Below the pieces are notes generated by a model that was not told where the DNA came from, did not search any database, and worked only from the letters and a program-made list of their open reading frames with translations. Positions 8,337 through 17,375 of a DNA stretch of 25,413 nucleotides are shown one piece after another; position 1 is the stretch's first letter; each line of letters starts with the position of its first letter. The stretch covers positions 1 to 25,413 of the forward strand of contig JBJEQI010000270.1 of NCBI GenBank assembly GCA_051881675.1. Direction: 5' to 3'. The translations under genes and the position numbers were made by a program. This DNA is from Acutalibacteraceae bacterium (GTDB lineage Bacteria; Bacillota; Clostridia; Oscillospirales; Acutalibacteraceae).

Positions 8337-9227
8337 ATGACCGCTCCCGTAAAAAATCCGAAGCTGCGCGGGATTTTCCGCAGTGCAGTGGGATTTTTTG
8401 AAAAATGCGCCGAGAATCATATTCCGGCTTATTCCGCGCAATCCTCGTTTTTCATCGTAATATCCATGGTGCCGTTCGCCATGCTGTTTTTCTCGGTGCT
8501 GCGGCTGTTTATCCCCGTCGAGCGCGAGATCATGATCGAGGCGACGGAAAATATTTTCCCCGCGGGGATGCTCGATTTTACCGAGAAAATCATCGACGAG
8601 CTGTATGCCAACGTCAGCTTCTCGGTGATTTCCGTCACCACGATCGTGCTGCTGTGGTCGGCCTCCAAGGGCATCAAAAGCATGACGGCGGGGCTGCAGA
8701 ACGTTTACAAAACCACCCGACCGACCGATTTTATCTTCAACATTATCTTTTCGATCCTCTACACCGTGATCTTCATCGCTATCCTGATCATCACCGTGAT
8801 CGTGCTGATCTTCGGCAGACGGCTCAACGATCTTCTCTTTGCCGAACTGCCCGTAGTACGGTCGATCATCGCGGGGGTGCTGGAATTTCGGAGCGTGCTG
8901 TTTTTGCTTCCGCTGACGCTGTTTTTCGCGCTGTCCTACAAATTCTTGGCGAAGAATGATCTGAAATTCTCCGCTCATCTGCCCGGCGCAATACTCTGCG
9001 CGCTCGGATGGATGCTGTTTTCGCTGTTTTTCGCCATTTATGTCGACAATTTTGCGAACTACTCGTATATCTACGGGAGCCTGACCGCGGTCATTTTGCT
9101 GATGCTGTGGCTGTATGCCTGTATGACCATGTTTTTGATCGGCGCGCAGATCAATGTCGTTTTGAAAGACCGACGGCGCAGTAAGATCGCTGCCGATACG
9201 CGCGATCAGGGCGAAAAGCAGGGCTAA
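8337..9227 (+). CDS. YihY/virulence factor BrkB family membrane protein
   Basis: 'AQSSFFIVISMVPF', 'LLWSASKG', 'YSYIYGSLTAVILLMLWLY...FLIGAQIN'; start ATG 8337 after AGGAGG. Confidence 0.92.
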   Translation: MTAPVKNPKLRGIFRSAVGFFEKCAENHIPAYSAQSSFFIVISMVPFAMLFFSVLRLFIPVEREIMIEATENIFPAGMLDFTEKIIDELYANVSFSVISVTTIVLLWSASKGIKSMTAGLQNVYKTTRPTDFIFNIIFSILYTVIFIAILIITVIVLIFGRRLNDLLFAELPVVRSIIAGVLEFRSVLFLLPLTLFFALSYKFLAKNDLKFSAHLPGAILCALGWMLFSLFFAIYVDNFANYSYIYGSLTAVILLMLWLYACMTMFLIGAQINVVLKDRRRSKIAADTRDQGEKQG

Positions 9228-9292
9228 ACGTACTGCTACCGCGCATAGCGCCGCATATACTAATTCCTATCACAAACGGAGAGAGAAACACC

Positions 9293-9967
9293 ATGAGAAT
9301 GAGAAGGCTTAAAAAATTCGACGAGCGAGAAGCTTTCGTGCGCGATATTATGATCAAATGCACGGTGGAGGACAAGCGGTACAACGCGGCCGCCGACGGC
9401 GACGAATACATAGATCTTCCCGCGCTGTTCGGCAACGACAGCCCCGTTTATCTCGAGGTCGGCTGCGGCATGGGCGGATTTGCGGCGGAATTTGCCAAGC
9501 GTCATCCGCAAATCAATCTGCTGGCCGTTGAGATCAACGAAAACGTCATTATTAAAGCGGCGGAGCGCACAAAGGCGGAGAATATCCCGAATGTCCGCTA
9601 CTTATGCGTGTCGGCGAACTATCTCGACCGCTATATCCGCGACAGCGCAATCGAGAGGATGTTTCTCAATTTCTCCTGCCCCTATCCGAAAAACCGCTAT
9701 GAGTCGCACAGGCTGACAAGTCCCGTGTTTTTGCGGATATACCGCAAAATTCTCAAAAACGGCGCCGAAATTCACCAAAAGACCGATAATATGCACTTTT
9801 TTGAATATTCGATCGAGCAGTTTTCAAAGCACGGATTTGCCCTGCAAAATCTGTCGCTCGATCTTCATCATTCCGATTTTGAGGGGAATATAGTCACCGA
9901 ATACGAGAGCAAGTTTGCATCTCAGGGGCTGCCGATCTACCGCTTGGAAGCGGTTAATCAAAAATAA
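9293..9967 (+). CDS. trmB: tRNA (guanine-N7)-methyltransferase
   Basis: 'LEVGCGMGGF', 'LNFSCPYPK...HRLT', 'KTDN..FFEYS', 'VTEYESKF'. Confidence 0.95.
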   Translation: MRMRRLKKFDEREAFVRDIMIKCTVEDKRYNAAADGDEYIDLPALFGNDSPVYLEVGCGMGGFAAEFAKRHPQINLLAVEINENVIIKAAERTKAENIPNVRYLCVSANYLDRYIRDSAIERMFLNFSCPYPKNRYESHRLTSPVFLRIYRKILKNGAEIHQKTDNMHFFEYSIEQFSKHGFALQNLSLDLHHSDFEGNIVTEYESKFASQGLPIYRLEAVNQK

Positions 9968-10015
9968 GCGAAGCCTTTTCGCCGCCGCTCCCCGAAAAAC
10001 AGACGTTTATACGCC

Positions 10016-10055
10016 AAAAAAGCGATAAGAGGAACGCTCCTCCTATCGCTTTTTT
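10016..10055. terminator. Bidirectional intrinsic terminator between convergent trmB and the M48 gene
   Basis: AAAAAAGCGATA...TATCGCTTTTTT, giving a T-tract on either strand. Confidence 0.8.
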
Positions 10056-10084
10056 GATGTTTAAGATTTCGCGGCAGGCGCGCT

Positions 10085-10603
10085 TTACCCGCGCAAAAGC
10101 GCACGGCGGCTTTTATGATCGGGCATATACCGCTCGATCAGCGCATAAAACGCGGCGGAATGGTTATGGTGCCGTATGTGAGCCAGCTCATGCAAAACGA
10201 CATAGTCCACCGCGCTCGCGGGATACTGCATCAGATACAGCGAAAAGCAGACGCCGTTTTTCGCAGAACAGCTGCCGAAGCGCGTTTTTGCCGCGGTGAT
10301 CTTGACCGAAGTCGGGTAAAGCCCCGTCAGGCGGCTGAAATACTCCACCCGCTCAGGGATGATCTGCTCGGCAAGGGCGCGAAGCCGGGCGATCTGCTGC
10401 TCGGTCGGTTCGGGGTGCGCCTCGCGCCTGCGGCGGCAGTCCTCCAGCGATTTTTCTATCCAAGCGCGATGATTTTCAACAATAGCGGCAACCGCGCCCT
10501 CAGGCGCCCGACTCGGCGCACGCACAATTACCTCGCCGCTCGGCTTCACCTGAATACCGACGGTCTTTCTCTTTGAGCGGATCACCGTATAGTCAAAATT
10601 CAT
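10085..10603 (-). CDS. M48-like/YgjP (DUF45) zinc metallopeptidase-domain protein
   Basis: 'RSKRKTVGIQV', 'KTRFGSCS', 'DYVVLHELAHIRHHNHS..FY'. Confidence 0.9.
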   Translation of the reverse strand: MNFDYTVIRSKRKTVGIQVKPSGEVIVRAPSRAPEGAVAAIVENHRAWIEKSLEDCRRRREAHPEPTEQQIARLRALAEQIIPERVEYFSRLTGLYPTSVKITAAKTRFGSCSAKNGVCFSLYLMQYPASAVDYVVLHELAHIRHHNHSAAFYALIERYMPDHKSRRALLRG

Positions 10604-10644
10604 AAGCGTTTATCCTCTTGCGCGCAAAGGGAAACTCGCGCGCA

Positions 10645-11163
10645 TCAAGCGTGCAGTTTTTCAAAAATGCGGGACTTTTTCAGCATAAAATACAGCGGCA
10701 CGCCGAGCACAAAGACGACGACCGCCTCGCCTGCGGCGACAGACGCAACGCCCAGCAGCAGCGAAAATTCGGCAGGCAGCACAAAGAACAGCTCGCCGCC
10801 GACGATCGCCCCGTTAAACACGATCGGCGCGAGCAGCGAGAGCAGGGGCAGCTCTTTGATGCGGATATTGCGCAGGGCATAGGTGCAAAGCGCCGCGAGC
10901 ACGGTCGCCGCAGAGCCGATCAGCACATCCCATGCGCCCGCAAGATTCGCGCCCGTCATAACGCCGATAAAATTGCTGATCACGCATCCGACCGCCAGCC
11001 CCGGCACCGCCGCGGGCGTGAGCAGCGGCAGAACGGTGAGCGCCTCGCTGATGCGAAACTGCACCACGCCGTAGGAGATCGGCGCGAAAACGCAGGTCAG
11101 AACAGCATAAAAAGCGCCGATTACGGCGCTTTCTACAATGTATCGTGTGGATTTGTTTTTCAT
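10645..11163 (-). CDS. queT: QueT family queuosine-precursor transporter
   Basis: 'FAPISYGVVQFRISEAL', 'GLAVGCVISN', 'GSAATVLAA'; preQ1 riboswitch directly upstream. Confidence 0.92.
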   Translation of the reverse strand: MKNKSTRYIVESAVIGAFYAVLTCVFAPISYGVVQFRISEALTVLPLLTPAAVPGLAVGCVISNFIGVMTGANLAGAWDVLIGSAATVLAALCTYALRNIRIKELPLLSLLAPIVFNGAIVGGELFFVLPAEFSLLLGVASVAAGEAVVVFVLGVPLYFMLKKSRIFEKLHA

Positions 11164-11179
11164 GTTGGATTCGACCTTT

Positions 11180-11215
11180 CTTGTTTTATTTATAGTCAGG
11201 TAATTGCGACTGACT
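11180..11215 (-). promoter_or_regulatory. preQ1-I riboswitch, translational, resembling the Thermoanaerobacter tengcongensis type
   Basis: Minus strand AGUCAG-UCGCAAUUAC-CUGACU-AUAAAUAAAACAAG, running into the AAGAAAGG SD; same architecture as CUGGG-UCGCAGUAAC-CCCAG-UUAACAAAACAAG (recalled from memory); upstream of queT. Confidence 0.88.
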
Positions 11216-11284
11216 GTTTAGCAATATGAAATTGTAAGCGGCGAAATTCGGCGTTGCCCGCCGAACACCCGCGCGCCGCCGCGC

Positions 11285-12619
11285 TTATACGTCGGACGAC
11301 TCTGTTTCGGGCAGCTTCTCGGCGCGGACGGTTTCGATGCGCCGCTCATCCGCCTTTTCAACGGTAAAGCGGTACCCCGCGCACTCGATCGAGGGGTTCT
11401 CGCCCTCCTCGGGCAGATGCCCGAGCACCGACAGAATCAATCCGCCGATGGTATCATAATCGCCGTCGGGCAGAGTGACCGCCAGCATATCCTCCACCTC
11501 TTCGATGTCGCACACGCCGTCGATGGTGTAGGTGGTTTCATCGAGCTTGGTGATGTCCTCTTCCTCATCGTCATATTCATCCTGAATATTGCCGAGTATC
11601 GACTCTATCAGATCCTCCAGCGTCACCAGACCCGCCGTTCCGCCGTATTCGTCGATGACGACCGCCATTTGAATGTGGCGCTCGGTCATTTCCGCGAACA
11701 GCTCGCCGCACCGCTTAGATTCGGGGACATGGTACGCCTCGCGCATCAGCCCTTTCAGCGTGGCGCTTTTCGGAATCGGGCGGCCGACATAGCGCAAAAG
11801 GTCCTTCACATAAACCACGCCGACAATATCGTCCAGATCGTCGCCGTAAACGGGGATTCGCGAGAATCCCTCGCTGATTGCCAGCGCAATCACATCGCTC
11901 AGATCATCATGAATCGAAGCGGCGGTGATCTCGGTGCGGTGCTGCATAACGTCGCCTACGTCGATATCGTCAAACTCGAAAATATTGTTGATCATATCGC
12001 GCTGGCTTTCCTCAATAACGCCCTTTTCCTCGCCCGCGTCGACCAGCATACGGATTTCTTCCTCGGTGACGTTTTCATCGTTCGCTTCGGGATTCATGCC
12101 GAAAAGGCGGACCACGCCGTTCGTCGAAACGGTGAGCAAAGACACCGCAGGATAGAGCAGTTTTTTGAAAAACGTCAAGATGCCGACAACGGCAAAGCTG
12201 ATTTTCTCCGCCTTTTGCATAGCGATCTTTTTGGGAACAAGTTCGCCGAATACCAGCGAGAAATAGGAGGTGATCAGCGTGATCAGAACGACCGACACCC
12301 CATAGATAAACTGAATGAGCGACGGATCGGTAATGCCCCACCAGCCGCACAGCGCCGAGGACAGCATATCGCCGAAATTCTGCGAAGCGGCGGCAGAGGT
12401 CAAGAACCCCGCCAGTGTGACGCCGATCTGAATGGTGGACAAAAAGCGCGAGGTATCCGCGGTGAGCGCCATGATCTTTTTGGCTTTTTTGTTGCCGTTG
12501 TCTGCCATGCTCTTGATCTTATTATCGTTCAGCGTGACGATCGCCATTTCGCTCATAGCGAAAAAGGCGTTGACAAATATCAGCAGTATGAGCAATATCA
12601 GCTTCAGTGCGAGATTCAT
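11285..12619 (-). CDS. HlyC/CorC family (CNNM/DUF21 + 2 CBS + CorC domains) Mg2+/Co2+ transporter-like protein
   Basis: 'NAFFAMSEMAIV', 'FLSTIQIGVTL', 'VFGELVPKKIA', 'GFSRIPVY', 'VIDEYGGTAGLVTLEDLIESILGNIQDEYD', 'YDTIGGLIL'. Confidence 0.95.
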   Translation of the reverse strand: MNLALKLILLILLIFVNAFFAMSEMAIVTLNDNKIKSMADNGNKKAKKIMALTADTSRFLSTIQIGVTLAGFLTSAAASQNFGDMLSSALCGWWGITDPSLIQFIYGVSVVLITLITSYFSLVFGELVPKKIAMQKAEKISFAVVGILTFFKKLLYPAVSLLTVSTNGVVRLFGMNPEANDENVTEEEIRMLVDAGEEKGVIEESQRDMINNIFEFDDIDVGDVMQHRTEITAASIHDDLSDVIALAISEGFSRIPVYGDDLDDIVGVVYVKDLLRYVGRPIPKSATLKGLMREAYHVPESKRCGELFAEMTERHIQMAVVIDEYGGTAGLVTLEDLIESILGNIQDEYDDEEEDITKLDETTYTIDGVCDIEEVEDMLAVTLPDGDYDTIGGLILSVLGHLPEEGENPSIECAGYRFTVEKADERRIETVRAEKLPETESSDV

Positions 12620-12741
12620 CGGTCGCTCCCTCCTTTATCACAAAGAGGGGCTCTCACCACAAAAGCGCCGCGGCGCGCAAAGAACTCCATCTCGCCGCAA
12701 CTTCGCGGGGATGCATTATCGGTGGGGAAAGGGTCGTCCAT
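12616..12741 (-). CDS. Putative 41-aa leader peptide (MDDPFPTDNASPRSCGEMEFFARRGAFVVRAPLCDKGGSDR)
   Basis: AAGGAG SD 9 nt before ATG 12741; open frame; TGA stop overlaps the corC ATG (ATGA). Below the ORF-track size cutoff. Confidence 0.5.
   Translation of the reverse strand: MDDPFPTDNASPRSCGEMEFFARRGAFVVRAPLCDKGGSDR
12625..12651 (-). promoter_or_regulatory. Hairpin sequestering the corC Shine-Dalgarno
   Basis: Minus strand GCCCCUCUUU-GUGAU-AAAGGAGGGAGC: 10 bp with two single-base bulges covering AAAGGAGG. Confidence 0.55.
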
Positions 12742-12812
12742 TTCTGATTACTCCTTAAAATAAATATCGGCGGGTTCAGGCTCATACGCCCCGAAAACCC
12801 TATACAAAATTA

Positions 12813-12841
12813 ATAATACTATATATCCGGCGCATTGTCAA
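12813..12841 (-). promoter_or_regulatory. Sigma-A promoter for the corC leader
   Basis: TTGACA-N17-TATTAT, implying a 5' leader of about 190 nt. Confidence 0.8.
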
Positions 12842-12901
12842 TCCTAAAACCGCGGATTTTCCCAAAAAGCGGCAGAACCCGACGCCGATCGCGGCAAAGT
12901 C

Positions 12902-12929
12902 AAAAGCGGGCGCTTTATCAGCGCCCGCT
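12902..12929 (-). terminator. Intrinsic terminator after the hydrogenase gene
   Basis: AGCGGGCGCT-N5-AGCGCCCGCT perfect 10-bp stem followed by TTT on the minus strand. Confidence 0.75.
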
Positions 12930-12987
12930 CATGGCAGTATCACGGTTTTACGGGTGCGTGCGCACAATCGCGCGCGGTCCGTCGCCG

Positions 12988-14412
12988 TTATTTCAGCAAA
13001 CTGATCGCGTCGGTGATCGTCTTTTCCAGCGCTTCCTCGCCGTATTTATCGACCTCGGCCTTGTTCTTTTCGCCGTGGGTCAGGCAGCCCGCGCCGCCGA
13101 TACAGCCGCCGACGCACGCCATACCCTCGATAAAGTTGCCGGGGAGCACGTTCTTGGACGCTTTCAGCAGCGCCATGCGGCACTGCTCGATACCGTCGCA
13201 GGGAACGGCTTTCAGCTCGAAATCGTCCAAGCCCTGCTCCTTGAGCGCCTGCGCGACCGCGTCGGACAGGCCGCCGCTGCGGGCAAAGATTCTGCCGTAA
13301 TACGACGCATTATCGAGGTAGTCCTCCTCCAGCGTCGTGATGTCAATATCCTTGCCGTCAAGAAGCGCCTGAAGCTCCTCAAAGGTAATGGTCGAGTCGA
13401 TATACTGCTTCAGCTCCTCGCGCGAGAATTCGGCTTTTTTCGCCGTACACGGCCCGATAAACACGATCTTCGCGTCGGGAGTCGTTTCTTTGATATATTT
13501 CGCGATGGTCGCCGCGGGCGAGAGATTATGCGAGATATGCTCGTTCAGCGCGGGGAACGCCTTATGGATATAGTCGACAAACGCGGGGCAGCAGCTGCTG
13601 GTCAGAAATCCCTTTTCGGTCAGCTCGCGCGCCTCGGCATAGGCGACCATATCCGCGCCGAGCGCCGCCTCGACCACGGTGAAGAAGCCCAGCTCCTTGA
13701 TGCCCGAAATGACCTGCCCGAGCTTGGCATACTGAAACTGGCTGGAGATCGAGGGCGCGACCAGTGCAAACAGCTTGTAATTTTTATTATTATCGCTTTT
13801 TTGAATCAGGTCGATGACGTTGAGGATAAAGGATTTATCCATGATCGCGCCGAACGGGCACTGATAGACGCACGCGCCGCAGGAAATGCACTTGGAATTA
13901 TCGATCGCCGCGGCTTTGGACTCGTCCATCGTGATCGCTTTCACCTTGCAGGCGCGCTCGCAGGGGCGCTTGTTGTTGGCGATCGCGGAATAAGGGCAAA
14001 CCTTGGCGCACATACCGCATTCGACGCATTTGGTCTTGTCGATGATCGCTTTCTGATTGCTGTCAAACGAGATCGCGCCTTTTTTGCAGGCGTCCTGACA
14101 GCGGTGCGCGATACATCCGCGGCAGGCGTTTGTCACCTCATAGCCGCCGACGGGGCACTCATCGCAGGCAATGTTAATACATTCCACAATGTTCGGGTTG
14201 TTCTTATCGCCGCCCATGGCGAGCTTGATGCGCTCCTGAACGATCGCGCGCTCCTTGTAAACGCAGCAGCGCATGGTCGGCGTTTTGCCGGGAACGATCG
14301 TTTTCGGAATGTCGTTGACCGTTTCAAGCAGCTGCCCGCGGAATGCCTGGCGGGCGACCTCACGGAGAACTTTATATTTCAGATACTGTACCTGTGTGTC
14401 AAATTTTCTCAT
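12988..14412 (-). CDS. Monomeric [FeFe]-hydrogenase, group B type (HfsD-like position)
   Basis: H-cluster motifs TSSCCPAF, IGPCTAKKAE, EGMACVGGCIGG; N-terminal ferredoxin motifs CRGCIAHRCQDAC, CVECGMCAKVCP, CISCGACVYQCP. Confidence 0.92.
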   Translation of the reverse strand: MRKFDTQVQYLKYKVLREVARQAFRGQLLETVNDIPKTIVPGKTPTMRCCVYKERAIVQERIKLAMGGDKNNPNIVECINIACDECPVGGYEVTNACRGCIAHRCQDACKKGAISFDSNQKAIIDKTKCVECGMCAKVCPYSAIANNKRPCERACKVKAITMDESKAAAIDNSKCISCGACVYQCPFGAIMDKSFILNVIDLIQKSDNNKNYKLFALVAPSISSQFQYAKLGQVISGIKELGFFTVVEAALGADMVAYAEARELTEKGFLTSSCCPAFVDYIHKAFPALNEHISHNLSPAATIAKYIKETTPDAKIVFIGPCTAKKAEFSREELKQYIDSTITFEELQALLDGKDIDITTLEEDYLDNASYYGRIFARSGGLSDAVAQALKEQGLDDFELKAVPCDGIEQCRMALLKASKNVLPGNFIEGMACVGGCIGGAGCLTHGEKNKAEVDKYGEEALEKTITDAISLLK

Positions 14413-14488
14413 AGCAGAGAGTCCTTTCGGTCATGAATAGGTTCGGGGGCCGGCAAACGCCTTAAAGCGCACCCGCGCGCCCGATTGA

Positions 14489-15661
14489 TTAAAAATAGCT
14501 AACCTTGATCTGCTTGCCCATGCGCTTCAGGCAGTCGGCAAGCTCGTCGACCAGCCGCATTTTAATATTGAAATTGATCGGCAGATTCGGGTTCTGGTGG
14601 GCGGGGTTAACCGCTCTGCCCACGAAGAAGTTGATGTCGGTTGCTTCCTCGAAAAGCATCCGCGCGATCAGCGACGCGCCGTCGCGCGAGCCGCTCCATT
14701 TCTGATACATCCCGTTGTCGCCGAGAAAATCCTTGGCATATTCCAAAACGCGGTTGATAGTAATAACGCCCTCGGTGACAAGATCAACGCCGTCGATCTC
14801 CGCAATCGGCGGAATATCGGGGTCGATATAGTCCATTTTCGGCACGACCCTTTTGCGCAGATATTTTGCCGCGATCGTGGAGGTGGTTCCGCCGCAGACG
14901 ATATGCTTGCCTTGCTTTGAGAAAAACAGCGACATCATCTTATCGCAGTCGTTGCGGTCGGCGGGCGGACCGATCATCAGATTCATCGGCTCGCGGCGGC
15001 GAATCCTAACCGTGCAGACGGTGGTATCGTCCCCCGGCTCGCCGCCGTAAAGCCGCACACACTCATCCAGCAGAATGGTAGTCAGCGTTTTCGCAGTAAA
15101 GCCGACGTCGTAAAAGGTCTGCATATACTCGGCGATCTGGTCCCGCTCCCAGCCGAAGTTCAGCGACATCCCGACGCCCGCGTGTATCGCGCCGTCGCTC
15201 ATCGAGATGAAAATGTCGCCCTCCTGCACCTTGATTTTCGAGGAAAAGATCGCTTTCCCGCCGATGTTCATTTCGGTTTTGGGGTATTCGTGCACCTCGC
15301 CGTCGCGCAGCAAGATCACCATCGGGTTATCGTACTGAATCATCTCGACATAGTCGTTGTCGACCAGGCGAAGGATGGTAAAGGTGGAATATGCCGCCTC
15401 GCGCACCTTGCAGATCGGCAGGGTGGCGGCGATCGTTTCAACGCAGTCGGTAATGTCCATCCCCTGCGCCATCATGGTCGATATGATCTTCGAGGTGAGG
15501 GTGGAAAGAATGCACGCCTTGACCCCGCTTCCCATGCCGTCGGCAAGCACGATCAGGGTAGAACCGTCTTCGCAGTCGACAATATCCACATGGTCGCCGC
15601 AAAGCTGCTCGCCCTGCTTATTGACGCTTTTATAGCCGATATCCGCGCACAAATCATTCAT
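14489..15661 (-). CDS. SpoIIE/PP2C-like Ser/Thr phosphatase (HfsC-like)
   Basis: 'EQLCGDH', 'LADGMGSG', 'MSDGAIHAG', 'GDDTTV'; C-terminal 'VCGGTT' extension; overlaps the 3' end of the upstream hydS. Confidence 0.92.
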   Translation of the reverse strand: MNDLCADIGYKSVNKQGEQLCGDHVDIVDCEDGSTLIVLADGMGSGVKACILSTLTSKIISTMMAQGMDITDCVETIAATLPICKVREAAYSTFTILRLVDNDYVEMIQYDNPMVILLRDGEVHEYPKTEMNIGGKAIFSSKIKVQEGDIFISMSDGAIHAGVGMSLNFGWERDQIAEYMQTFYDVGFTAKTLTTILLDECVRLYGGEPGDDTTVCTVRIRRREPMNLMIGPPADRNDCDKMMSLFFSKQGKHIVCGGTTSTIAAKYLRKRVVPKMDYIDPDIPPIAEIDGVDLVTEGVITINRVLEYAKDFLGDNGMYQKWSGSRDGASLIARMLFEEATDINFFVGRAVNPAHQNPNLPINFNIKMRLVDELADCLKRMGKQIKVSYF

Positions 15662-17324
15662 CGGTGACCTGCTCCTTCAGTTTGGTAAGCGCAATTTTGG
15701 TTTCGGCGGCAGTTTCGCCGAGCAGCGAGGCGATCTCCTGAACAATCCGCATCTGCTTATCGACGACCTTGTCGGCGATATCCACCGTTTTGCGGCTGAC
15801 CTCTTCCTTGCGCTCGCGCTGGTTCTCCTCGACCGTAACGTCGCGCATAATGCACATCAGACTGCGGAACTCCTGATCGTAAACGATCGTTTCCTCGATA
15901 TATTTTTTATACTCCGCCAGATAAACGCGCTTGTCGGTAATATGCGCGCCGGACTTCGCGTCGATGAAATCCTTGGGGTCCATAATGCGGATGACCTGCT
16001 CGCCGATCACGTCGGACGCCTGCCGCAGATTCATAATCCTCAGCGCCGCCTTGTTGATCTGCTGAACCTCCAGATCTTCATTCAAAATGATAATGCCGTT
16101 GGGCGTATTGCCAATAATATTATCCGAAACGCTTTCCGCCCGATCCTTGAGGAACGGCAGACACATCGACAAATCCGCCTTGCCCTGATAAACGGCGATC
16201 GCTTTTTCGCGGCAGGTATTGTAGCCGCACGAGCCGCAGTTCAGCTCCTGCGAGGGCTTGGTCTTGCCCATTTGGCGGAGAATCGCCGCGATCTCGCTCT
16301 CCGAGGGAATCCTTTGCTGTTTGTCGATAAACTTGAAGTTTTTATGCAGCTCATCCTTGGACGGCATATCCACCTCGAAGTCGTTTTTGCCCGCATAACT
16401 CGCTATGCTGACATAATCGCGCACGGGCGAGCGGTGATATTTTTCCATAACGGGGCCGTTGATACAACTGCCCGCGCAGGCGGACATCTCGATAAAGCAA
16501 TGCTTCAGCCCGCCGTTTTGAATGTCGCGCAACGCCGACATACAGTTCTCAACGCCGTCTACCGCGAGGTATGTATAGCCCTCTTCATTGCAATCCATGG
16601 TTTTCAAGATGCCGCCCGTTGTCGGGAAGAAGCGCGCGCGGCTGTTCTCGTTTTGATCGCATTCCTTTTCGATCTCGATATTCTCATCCCGCAGCCAGCC
16701 CGACAGCTCCTCAAAGGTCAAAACGGCGTCGGTCGGACCGTAATGCGCCGCCTCGTCTTTTTTGGCGATGCAAGGGCCGATAAACACGGTTTTGGCACCC
16801 GGAATACGGCGCTTGATGTCGGCGCAGTGCGCCTGCATCGGCGAGAGAATATCCGCGAGATATTTCAGCTGCTCGGGAAAATATTTCTGTATCAGCAGGT
16901 TGACCGAGTGGCAGCAGGAGGAAATGAGAATCTCGGGCTTATCCTCGTGCAGCATACGCTCGTATTCCTTTTTGACGATGGTCGCGCCGATCGCCGTTTC
17001 CTCCGCGGAGTAAAAGCCGAGCTTTTTAAGCGCTTTTTCCAGCGACTGTATGCCCGCGCCGTCGTAATTTGCGATAAACGAGGGCGCCACGCTGGCAACC
17101 ACGGGGTCGCCGCTTTGCAAAAACACCTTGACTCGCTCGGTATCGTCGGCGATCTCTTTCGCGTTCTGCGGGCAGACAACAAAGCAGGAGCCGCACAAAA
17201 TGCACTCGTTCCCGACAATATTCGCCTGATTTCCCGAAAACCGTATCGACTTCACCGGGCAATGGCGAATGCATTTATAGCAGTTTTTGCAGTTGGACTT
17301 TTTCAGTTTGAGAAATTCTGCCAT
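15654..17324 (-). CDS. hydS: Sensory [FeFe]-hydrogenase, group C/HydS (HfsB-like), with Fe-S and PAS domains
   Basis: 2[4Fe-4S] motifs CKNCYKCIRHCP and CILCGSCFVVCP; SSCCHSV, GPCIAKKDE, EMSACAGSCING (Met-to-Gly and Met-to-Ser substitutions typical of sensory type); NCGSCGYNTC; PAS-like 'NTPNGIIILNEDLEVQQINKAA'. Confidence 0.92.
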   Translation of the reverse strand: MAEFLKLKKSNCKNCYKCIRHCPVKSIRFSGNQANIVGNECILCGSCFVVCPQNAKEIADDTERVKVFLQSGDPVVASVAPSFIANYDGAGIQSLEKALKKLGFYSAEETAIGATIVKKEYERMLHEDKPEILISSCCHSVNLLIQKYFPEQLKYLADILSPMQAHCADIKRRIPGAKTVFIGPCIAKKDEAAHYGPTDAVLTFEELSGWLRDENIEIEKECDQNENSRARFFPTTGGILKTMDCNEEGYTYLAVDGVENCMSALRDIQNGGLKHCFIEMSACAGSCINGPVMEKYHRSPVRDYVSIASYAGKNDFEVDMPSKDELHKNFKFIDKQQRIPSESEIAAILRQMGKTKPSQELNCGSCGYNTCREKAIAVYQGKADLSMCLPFLKDRAESVSDNIIGNTPNGIIILNEDLEVQQINKAALRIMNLRQASDVIGEQVIRIMDPKDFIDAKSGAHITDKRVYLAEYKKYIEETIVYDQEFRSLMCIMRDVTVEENQRERKEEVSRKTVDIADKVVDKQMRIVQEIASLLGETAAETKIALTKLKEQVTDE

Positions 17325-17375
17325 TATAGTTATTCTCCGATCTTTTTATGGCAAAGCACGTCTTTTTCCTCCCTC

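Noticed and set aside
9293-11163. trmB close to queT as a tRNA-modification cluster
   Set aside because: The genes are on opposite strands and separated by a bidirectional terminator and an unrelated gene; probably coincidental
11285-12619. Interpretation of the 'hemolysin family' gene as a toxin
   Set aside because: The CNNM-CBS-CorC architecture indicates divalent-cation homeostasis; the hemolysin label is a legacy annotation
12679-12696. GGCGAGAUGGAGUUCU, similar to the 5' end of a fluoride (crcB) riboswitch
   Set aside because: Stem pairing is poor and the required 3' GCUGAUGACUCC pseudoknot partner is absent
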